A DNA stretch of 64,000 nt from NCBI GenBank assembly GCA_950097015.1, contig CATNEN010000008.1, forward strand, positions 1,240,001 through 1,304,000, in the 5' to 3' direction. Below the pieces are notes generated by a model. The model was not told where the DNA came from. It ran no database searches and was given only the letters and a program-made list of their open reading frames with translations. Positions within the stretch are counted from its first letter, which is position 1. Every line of letters starts with the position of its first letter. Made by a program: the position numbers and the translations under genes. The DNA comes from Macrostomum hystrix (taxonomy: Eukaryota > Animalia > Platyhelminthes). Shown here piece by piece: positions 48,660-58,100 of the stretch.

Positions 48660-50480
48660 TCCATCGGCCAGCTCGATCTCTTGTTGTTGAGATTCCCAGC
48701 CTGCCCATAGTCACAACCACCGCCAATGCCAACGCGCTGGACTCTACAAGAAATGGCAATCTTCGCGTAGAAAAGGTTTTTTATCACTTTCCCACGTGTT
48801 GAAATCATTGATTAACAGTAGAAATACCCACGCTGGTTTTCCCCTTCGGAAAGATTTCGGAATTATTTCAAATACCCACTGCCTACTTCACGATAGATCC
48901 CAAACCAAACCGATTTTAACGGATAGAGTGGGAAACTTTAGCCCGTTCAAGGCATTTTCATGTCGATTGGTTGAATAAGTTTGGAGATTTAAAAAAAAGA
49001 TAAATTTGAATTCACATTCAATTCAACTTCAACAAACTCAGAGACCAAGGGCGGCAATGATATTTAGCGTGCCGAGTCGACCAGAATCAGCCGTTAGTGC
49101 CGCGGGTGAGCGAAATGTGTGTGCGTGTACTTTTAAGAAACGAGAAATCGTTGAACTCATGTTATGTAAAAACAACAACATCCAGGTGACGACAGACCCT
49201 CTGAAACTGTCACAGCCGGAGATGACGCCGCCCGTTCGCCGACGCCAACAATGGAAGCGGCCTCTCGTAGCGATCTCGCCGAAGTCGATAGCAGCACCGA
49301 GTTCGGCCTGTCACGGCTGAGCCTGCAGTCGACCTCGCCGACGGAGGGCTACGCAGAGCTCCGCCAGCAGCAGCAGCAGCAGCTGGACGCTCTGAAGTCT
49401 GAGTACAACCGTCTGGCCGAGAAGGTGGCCGCTGATTTCGGTGGAAGCGACGGGTGAGGCGGCCAAAATCTGTGGCTCAATCTTTGATATAAATTTTTAT
49501 ATGGCAGTCCGAGTAGCCTACTTAAAGTAAAAATAAGAGTAAAATTAATTTTCTCTAAATTCAGCAAGCCGCCACCGATGCGCAACTACGGCCTGAAGAG
49601 TATGACCCCCGAGGAGCTGATCTCGCTTAACAGCCTGAAGCGACTTCAGCGGGGCCTGCGCGAGCGCAGCGCCCTGCAGCGCAAGGCCGAGCTTCGGCTG
49701 GCCAGGCTAGCCAGCTGGGAGAGCCGGGCGAACCACGGCGACTGTGTAGCTCCGTCTGCATCGGCGTCAAATTCGCGTTGCGGCACCGCGGCCGATTCGC
49801 AGCGTCGTCGGATGTACTCCCAGTCGGCGACGTCGGCTGAACCGCGATCCGCCTTCCAGGTCAGTCGGGAAGCGACGGAGCTTCTTCAGCTGCAGCACCA
49901 GCGGGCGCTAACCCCCGCTTCATCGACAACATCAGCGTCGACTTCATCAACGAGAAGTTTCGGCGCGTTACCTCAGACTCCCTACCGACTTCGTGGAATG
50001 CAGCAGCTGCAGCATCAGGCTTCTGTACACAACTGCGAGGACAGCGACGGTAGAATCCGCCGAGGTCGTCGAAACTACGTCACCGACGTCGATGACAAAG
50101 ACGATATCCGGGCAGCGAATCCTTTCAGCGCAATGCGCATCCGGCCCAGCGCCGCCTCCATTCCCAGCCGGCAATAGTGAGCAGAATGAGATCAGGACTT
50201 TGAGATCACTTATGAAATAGTGAGACTAAGATTAGACAGAGAGACCAAACATGTATCAAGTATTGTTTGAAACACCCGCAGCACTTACATCATGACCCGG
50301 CCGAGTGTCGGCCTGCACCAAACGTCGGCTGACGAAGATCTCGCTCCGTCGGAGCCGCCAAGCCTAGCCGAGGAGCGACTAATTCGGCGTCGCTTTCCCA
50401 GCCGAGTGCCCGACTGGGTGGGATACAACGGCGTATTTGCGCCTAAACCGTGGAGCTACGCGCTTGGCGAACGGCACTGA
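37977..50480 (+). CDS. Large WD40-repeat protein (~1506 aa, 19 exons) with a low-complexity Q/S/P-rich C-terminal half; tentatively WDR87/WDR97-like
   Basis: Exons 37977-38118, 38358-38444, 38564-38673, 38758-38877, 38955-39181, 39766-40150, 40604-40888, 41315-41701, 42198-42482, 43546-43717, 45132-45200, 45799-45881, 46546-46647, 46787-47000, 48066-48775, 49042-49105, 49186-49453, 49565-50176, 50282-50480; all GT-AG and in phase; total 4521 nt. WD motifs GCHRMEITG...LVTSSMDTEVKLWN, GHSQGITG...VITASVDGSVRIWS, AHRGPVTRLAWD, SVDSGGHVKIWQ. The family name comes from remembered resemblance only. Confidence 0.82.
39258..39723. mobile_element. Degenerate MITE-like element with CAGTRGAAA-type terminal inverted repeats; partial copies elsewhere
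   Basis: Left end CTGTGGAAAAACCACGGTGGTATTTCAGATACC resembles the reverse complement of the right end GGGTGATTTTGGAATGCCCCCATGGTCTTTCTACTG. Related segments at ~40975-41135, ~48820-48995 and ~20790-20840. No TSD found. Confidence 0.6.
41716..42100. repeat. Purine-rich ~20-bp repeat GAGACTGGGGAGAGATGAGACC
   Basis: Intronic; starts just after the donor at 41702. Confidence 0.88.
42716..43290. repeat. 21-bp minisatellite GATTAGGCTTTGTAGATTAGC
   Basis: About 27 units; ORF 42540-43301 is an artefact. Confidence 0.95.
43828..44975. repeat. 20-bp minisatellite GAATCCCTTACTAGCAGGTA
   Basis: About 56 units of two interleaved variants. Confidence 0.96.
45920..46500. repeat. GAGATGAGACA(C/G)GGGA array with a tail resembling the hAT MITE 3' part
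   Basis: The array runs to ~46440, then ATAGTATATTTTGGAAGTGGCCAGTGGGCCGGATTAAGGAGTTTAGCGGGCC resembles MITE CAGTATACTGTAGG...GGGCCGGATTTGGGAGTTTCGAGGGCC. Confidence 0.8.
47010..47490. repeat. Pyrimidine-rich ~24-bp repeat CTGATCTGTCTCCCCTTTCTTCCC
   Basis: Intronic; starts just after the donor at 47001. Confidence 0.88.
47893..48027 (-). mobile_element. Partial tRNA-derived SINE copy
   Basis: CCCATTTCGCTGACTCCTGAGCAC...TGTACATCTGCC...TCATCGTCAGGCA...CGCCGCGGACTCGAGCTTAGGGAC is the reverse complement of family segments. Confidence 0.75.
48603..48657 (+). repeat. Coding (CAG)n poly-Q tract, ~18 codons
   Basis: In frame within WD40-gene exon 48066-48775. Confidence 0.9.
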
Positions 50481-50486
50481 TTGCAT

Positions 50487-50633
50487 GGTTTGAACTGGTT
50501 TGAACTGGTTTGAACTGGTTTGAACTGGTTTGAACTGGTTTGAACTGGTTTGAACTGGTTTGAACTGGTTTGAACTGGTTTGAACTGGTTTGAACTGGTT
50601 TGAACTGGTTTGAACTGGTTTGAACTGGTTTGA
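50487..50633. repeat. 10-bp tandem repeat GGTTTGAACT immediately after the WD40-gene stop codon
   Basis: About 14 perfect units. Confidence 0.96.
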
Positions 50634-51002
50634 GTTTTCTCTGACAATTTAAACCATAAAATCAACTGAGAGATGGATTTAGGGATGAAACCAGTTTTTT
50701 GCTTTCCCATTTAGGAAACGGAGCATGAATGTTTAATGTTTGACCGCACCTTTTTGACTATCTATCGCAAATCGTATATAGTTTACGCATGCGATCGTAC
50801 TTCTTGTTTATAAAAATTGTTAAAATTCTTACTCGCAAAACAGCAGAGCATGCCTTGAACAAAAAGTTCTTGTCTTTATACTGATCATGTGCAGTCAGTG
50901 CAGTGAATGTTATGCGTGCAAATAAAAAATAACAAAGCCAGTTCTTTCTGAATTGAAAAGAAAAGTGCACACTGATTGTGCAGAAGGAATATACGAATGC
51001 GC

Positions 51003-51265
51003 AAAAAATAATGTTTCAAAAGCATAAAAAAACAAATAGTAGAATAAATATTTGTCTAGCTTGTGATACTTATTCAGTTACAGAGTAATAATAAGAATTG
51101 CGCAGAAACAAAAGGATATCATAAAAAAGAAATAATAAAAATTGAAAAAATAATGTTTCAAAAGCATAAAAAAAACAAATAGTAGAAGAAATATTTGTCT
51201 AGCTTGTGATACTTATTCAGTTACAGAGTAATAATAAGAATTTCGCAGAAACAAAAGGATATCAT
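51003..51265. repeat. ~120-bp AT-rich direct duplication
   Basis: AAAAATAATGTTTCAAAAGCATAAAA...CAAAAGGATATCATA occurs at ~51003 and ~51146. Confidence 0.88.
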
Positions 51266-52173
51266 ATGTATAATTAGAACATTTTAAATATATATATTCT
51301 AAATAAAATTGCCAAATTCATTTTTACATAAAATTTTATTTTGTATTATCGATGGTCTATTTAAGTATACCAGCCGTTCTTTTAAGAAAAACTTATTTAT
51401 TTAATAGTGTCAAATGTATGACTTAACCTTCGGAAAGTTTTATATTTTAATTTCTTATTTAAAGGTTGTTATTTTAATTTTTTAATTCGTAACTATACTT
51501 TTTTTTAAAATTGCTTTAAACTTAACCGATTCAGATAAAATATTGTTATTGTGTTACAAGTTAAGACATCATAAGTTGTCAGTTACAAGACAGATGAACG
51601 AAACCGATAAACGGATAAAAATAAATAAAAAACCTGTCGGATGCTTAAAAATGGTTGTGTACAGCTATTCAGTCCATGGACTCACTAGGATCTGCTAAAT
51701 TTGACTGGTTTGACTCACTCACCAACTTGATAAACTGAAGCAATTAGGAATTAAGGATCTTCTACTGAATGGGACAAATTGTTTTCCTTGGGTTATAGTA
51801 GATCCGAACCCCCGACCTAGGTTGGTTAGCTAGAAGTCGTCCCGAGGCAGGCAAGTTGTATGCGACGGGCTACAATAGCAGTTTGCAAAGATCTTATAAA
51901 GATAGTTTTTGGGAATTTTGCGATGAAAATACGGTCGCAGCACTATTGTTCCTGAACAAGGCGTTGAATAATATGACAGTCAAATTAGAAATTTCAAGAA
52001 AAGGAAACAGTTGTCATGATGAACTCTCTGTCTGAAAGAACGGAACAGTCTCGGGGTGTTCTCATCATTCACTTAATCACTCATTAGACTAATAAGTCTA
52101 ATGAACATCAATCAACTAATTAACTGTTCAATCAAACTGATCAATCGATGAGTCAGTAAATTCACAGATTTCT

Positions 52174-55100
52174 TCACTCCACATCCGAGATGAGAGGCAC
52201 AATGGACTCATTGTCCGGCCTGGCAGCACAGCCTCCGCCAGCCATTTTGCGTAGGTTCGCCGCGAGAGCTCCGCCGCGCCTCCACCTGCTGCTGCTCAGA
52301 CGACGGGATTCGACTAGCGCCACGGGCAGGTCGGACATCTGGTCGAGCTCCTGCGGAGTGAGGAGGAGATCATTCAGCTGAGTTTCAGCTTGACGCTTTA
52401 GTGTCTATGGGTCAAGAACCACTAGGAGTAGAAGGATGGGAAAATAAGTTTCTAAGAAAATTCTTAATTAGTAGGCTGCATGGTACTTCCGTGAAGAAAA
52501 GTGAAAAATCTCCAATCTCCATATTTTATTTTTTTCGGCGAAAACCAGCCTCTTAATCCTTTTTTCTAAGAAACGTAATGTTCCGTCCTTCAACTCCAAG
52601 TGGCCATAAAATTTCTAGCTCACATTCGGATCCACGCCTTCATCAGTTTCGTTCTCCACCCGGATGTCCAGTTTGGCCAGAATCTGGCGCAAGAACTGGG
52701 TCTGGGAAGCGCTCTCCTGTTCCAGCTGGTGCAGCCGCGACTCCAGCTGCTGTGGCAGCCGCTGGGAGTCGTCAAATCCGCTGCTGCTGACTGGCTGTGA
52801 GCCAACACGCACGCCTCTGGCCATGCGAGACAGTTCCGCTTTTACCCGACGTCTATTTGCCTCTGCCTCATTTGAAGTCGACGCTTCCGCTTCGTCTGTC
52901 GGCTGAGTCGGCAGTTTCAAATCAGTTGGCAGAACTCGGTTTTTGCAGCAGCTTTGACGACAGAAGAGACGCGAGAGCTGAAGGATTTGAAAAAAAAGAC
53001 AAGGGAGGCAGGGTGGTTGAAGGATATGAGGGGTTAAGGAACGAGATTAGTATAAGCTATAAGGGGTATGAGGGGTGAGGTGGCTGCAGGAGTAAAGAAA
53101 CGGGCGCGGAGTGAGGTGGCTGCTGTGGCAAGAAAATCGACGGGAGTGAGGTGGCTGCTGCTGTGGTAAGAAATGGACGGGGAGTGAGGTGGCTGCTGTG
53201 GCAAGAAAATCGACTGGAGTGAGGTGGCTGCTGCTGTGGTAAGAAATGGACGGGGAGTGAGGTGGCTGCTGTGGCAAGAAAATGGGCGGGATGTGTGGGG
53301 CCGCGATCAGCAGGACAAAACTCTAAAGATCTAGGAGAAGACGAAGCAAGATGACTTTAGTGTAATGAAATTCGATTTTCCTCGTAGTTACGAAATAGAT
53401 TGCGAACTCAAAATGCATTCGAATCAGGCTAGAGATTTAAGAGCACGGATTCCAGGACTCGGAATTCAAGTGTTTGAAGTGAAGGATCCCGCAAGCCCGC
53501 TAACCGCCGATGAGATGCAGCCGCATCCAGCTGACTCGCGCCACTCCATCCTGTCCAGGTAGACCAGCAGCCGGTGTGGCATCCGGGCCTCCAGCTGGGC
53601 CAGCCACAGCACCTGCATGCGGATGCGAAGCAGCGTAGCCTCCTGCTGCACTCGCTCGATGTCTCCAACTGCTAGGCCGATCTGAGGGCCATTCGGATGG
53701 GTGCATTCCATTTGACACCTGCTGATAATTGTATAAATTTGGGCACCTACAGGCACTACTCAAATATTTTCGATAATTGCTCTGATGCCTGAGTAGGCCA
53801 CCGACAGCCACTTTTCACACCTTTTGATAATTTGTTGTAATGCGTGATTAGTCACTTTTCACACCTTTTGATAATTTGTTGTAATGCGTGATTAGTCACT
53901 TTTCACACCTTTCGATAATTGCTCTGATGCCTGATTAGGGCACAGCAAAGTCTAGTCTAATGTTAGAATTTCCCAATTTTCAAATACCAACCAGTAGATT
54001 GATGAGCAGTATCGGAATCAGAACGATAAATATGACTAGCAGCACGATGCTCATCCAGGTGTGATGATTCGTTCGCGGATCATTGTCCAGCAGCTTGCTA
54101 GAGAAGGTATTTACAAAGTCAACATCGCCAAGCATCATCATCAGGGTGCGCAGGATGGCCACACCTGGCCTGTTCCACGCGTCCAGCTGCGGCTCGCTGA
54201 CCAGCGGCGTCGAAGCGCTGAACATCGCCGGATAGCAGGTCGACATCCGGCTGGTGACGTTGCTCCACCACTGCGACCGGTTGACGTCTGGCGAGATGCC
54301 GACGTATTCCTGGGATGGTTTTGGCGGGAGGTGCGACAATGTACTACTTTGACTTCATTCGGGCTTTAAGTCTAGGGCTTTGGTGCCTGGCACTCTAGGG
54401 CTTTGGTGCCTGGCACTCTAGGGCTTTGGTGCCTGATACTCTAGGGCTTTGGTGCCTGGCACTCTAGGGCTTTGGTGCCTGATACTCTAGGGCTTTGGTG
54501 CCTGATACTCAAGGGATTTGGTGCCTGATACTCTAGGGATTTGGTGCCTGATACTCTAGGGCTTTGGTGCCTGGCACTCTAGGGCTTTGGTGCCTGATAC
54601 TCTAGGGCTTTGGTGCCTGATACTCTAGGGCTTTGGTGCCTGATACTCTAGGGCTTTGGTGCCTGGCACTCTAGGGCTTTGGTGCCTGATACTCTAGGGC
54701 TTTGGTGCCTGATACTCTAGGGATTTGGTGCCTGATACTCTAGGGATTTGGTGCCTGATACTCTAGGGCTTTGGTGCCTGATACTCTAGGGCTTTGGTGC
54801 CTGGCGCTCTAGGGCTTTGGTGCCTGATACTCTAGGGCTTTGGTGCTTGATACTCTAGGGCTTTGGTGCCTGGCACTCTAGGGCTTTGGTGCCTGATACT
54901 CTAGGGCTTTGGTGCCTGATACTCTAGGGATTTGGTGCCTGATACTCTAGGGCTTTGGTGCCTGGCACTCTAGGGCTTTGGTGCCTGATACTCTAGGGCT
55001 TTGGTGCCTGATACTCTAGGGATTTGGTGCCTGATACTCTAGGGCTTTGGTGCCTGGCACTCTAGGGCTTTGGTGCCTGATACTCTAGGGCTTTGGTGCC

Positions 55101-58100
55101 TGGCACTCTAGGGCTTTGGTGCCTGATACTCTATAGGGCTTTGGTGCCTGGCACTCTAGGGCTTTGGTGCCTGATACTCTAGGGCTTTGGTGCCTGATGC
55201 TCTAGAGCAGGGGTCGGCAAACTTACTAGCTAGCGGGCCAAAGAGAGAACCTAAAAGACGACAGCGGGCCGCATTGACTGTAGAAATATGAGATAGGGGG
55301 GAGAGTTGAGACAGAATAGATAAGACACACTAGAAATGAGACACAGGAGAGACGAGACCGAGGAGAGATGAGACACGGAGAGATGAGAGACGGGAGAGAT
55401 AAGACAGGGGAAAGATAAAACAGTATACTGTAGGTGTCGGAAGGAGCAACGGGCCGGATTTGGGAGTTTCGAGGGCCGCATCTGGCCCGCGGGCCGGAGT
55501 TTGCCGACCCCTGCTCTAGAGCTTTGGTGCCTGATGCTCTAGAGCTTTGGTGCCTGATACTCTAGAGCAGTGGTGTCTTGGACTTTAGGTCTGTAGTGCC
55601 TGTCACTCTAGAACTGTGGTGTCTTGCCCTCTAGTTTCTCATTGTCAGGCAGGCACTCAAAGGGCATGCATCTAGTGCACGACGGTCAAAGATTTCGATA
55701 CATGACAGGATACGGCAGTAAATGCTCACCGCAAAAGATCGAATGTAGATCTCGTATTCATCGATATTAGTCAGGTTGTCCTGGTGAAGAAATAAAGTTA
55801 TAAAGTTAAGCGAACATATTTTTAGCTAATTACACAGTCGCATCCTCACCAGACTGATTGAGTTCAGCGCTGGACCAGGGTTGTATTGCAGTAGGACATA
55901 GAATGCCAAGCCAAAGCCAACGATGAGGCCAGAAAACACCAGAATCACTCGGAATAGAGTCTTGGCTATGCTCACAAACATGATCACGTAAATGCCTGTG
56001 AGCTCGTACCTGCAGAACGTGTTTTAAAAGATGTGACCTTTTGCGAGACCTTTGGGAAAATGTGTCTTTGAGGAAGAGGCGTCTTTGGGGAAGAGGCGTC
56101 TTTGGGGAAGAGGCGTCTTTGGGGAAGAGGCGTCTTTGGGGAAGAGGCGTCTTTGGGGAAGAGGCGTCTTTGGGGAAGAGGCGTCTTTGGGGAAGAGGCG
56201 TCTTTGGGGAAGAGGCGTCTTTGGGGAAGAGGCGTCTTTGGGGAAGAGGCGTCTTTGGGGAAGAGGCGTCTTTGGGAAAGAGGTATCGTTGGGAAAGAGG
56301 TATCTTTGGGGAAGAGGTGTCTTAGGGGAAGAGGTGTCTTTGGGACAGATGTGTCTTTGGGAAATATGTGTCTTTGGCGAAGAAGTGTCGTTACGGAAGA
56401 GGTATCTTTTGGAAGAGGCGTCTTTGGGAAAGAGGTGTCTTTGGGAAAGAGGCGTCTTTGAGAAGAGGCGTATTTGGGAAAGAGGTGTCTTTGGGAAAGG
56501 TGTCTTTGGGAAAGAGGTGTGTTTGAGAAAGAGGTGTGTTTGGGGAAGAGGTGTCTTTGGGAAAGAGGCGTCTTTGAGAAAGAGGTATCGTTGGGAAAGA
56601 GGTATCTTTGGGGAAGAGGTGTCTTAGGGGAAAAGGTGTCTTTGGGAAGAGGTGTCTTTGGAAAAGAGGTGTCTTTGAGAAAGAGGTGTCTTTGGGAAAG
56701 AGGTGTCTTTGGGAAAGAGGTGTGTTTGGGGAAGAGGCGTCATTGGGAAAGAGGTTTCTTTGGCAAAGAGGCGTCATTGGGAAAGAGGTGTCTTTGGGAA
56801 AGAGGTGTCTTTGGGAAAGAGGTGTCTTTGGGAAAGAGGTGTCTTTGGGAAAGAGGTGTCTTTGAGAAAGAGTTGTCTTTGGGAAAGAGGTGTCTTTGGG
56901 AAAGAGGCGTCATTGGGAAAGAGGTGTCCTTGGGAAAGAGGTATCTTTGGGAAAGAGGTGTGTTTGGGAAAGAGGTGTGTTTGGGGAAGATGTGTCTTTG
57001 GAGAAGAGGTGTCTTTGGAGAAGAGGTGTCTGAAGACACGAAGACAAGAGTGCATCACCATTCTGGATGACGAATCCGTCACCTCTGGAAGAAGAGCAGG
57101 AAATTCACCCAGGCCAGAAGGACGGCCATCGAGCCTGCCTTCCACTGCAGGTCGCCACTTTGGCCCAGCAAGAATGGCACCGCAAATGTCAGGGTGAAGC
57201 ATTGCTGTGAGAACCACATCAGGCAGGTGGGCTCGGTAAAATAGGCCAGTTTCTGTGTAAAAATATTAGTTCTATAAATCTATTGAATGTGTTCAATCAT
57301 CGAGATGACAGTGGCACCATGTTAATTTTAACTAAATATCACAAAGTTCTTGAAAAGTAAAAAATTCGCACCTGTTGGAAAATCTGCAGAATTTCCTTGA
57401 TCGAGCTCAAGAAGCTAAATAGGCAGATGAAGGCAATAGGCGTTGACACTTTTAGCTGATAGTTGGTTCGACCGATTAGGTGGGCAGTCTAACAGGCATT
57501 CCGAAAATGGGGTGATAAAAAATATGTCAGCATTTTAAAGCGTATTATTTCCAAAGTTTTTAATATTCTAATATCAGTTAAAAAAATTATTTGAAAAAAT
57601 ATTTTCTCACCAGATACTGGCACTGCTCAGTCATGGCTAGATTCTCAGTGTGACGCGTTGAGGGATGAATGCTCACAAACATTGTGATCGCGGCCAGGAA
57701 TAGAAGGTATAATAATAGATTGAAATGGTGCACCCAGCAGCCGTACTGACGCCTGAAAATAGTTATCTAAGGCATCTAAGAAAATGTGCCCTGAAGTGGG
57801 GTTGGTCAGGAGTGGGGTTGGCCTGGAGTGGGGTTGGCCTGGAGAGGGGTTGGCCTGGAGTGGGGTTGGCCTGGAGTGGGGTTGGCCTGGAGTGGGGTTG
57901 GCCTGGAGAGGGATTGGCCTGGAGTGGGGTTGGCCTGGAGAGGGGTTGGCCTGCAGTGGGGTTGGCCTGGAGAGGGGTTGGCCTGCAGTGGGGTTGGCCT
58001 GGAGTGGGGTTGGCCTGGAGAGGGGTTGGCCTGCAATGGGGTTGGCCTGGAGAGGGGTTGGCCTGCAGTGGGGTTGGCCTGGAGAGGGGTTGGCCTGGAG

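Noticed and set aside
48755-49186. Apparent need for a GC-AG intron in the WD40 gene
   Set aside because: A 64-nt exon at 49042-49105 with canonical GT-AG sites resolves the phase.
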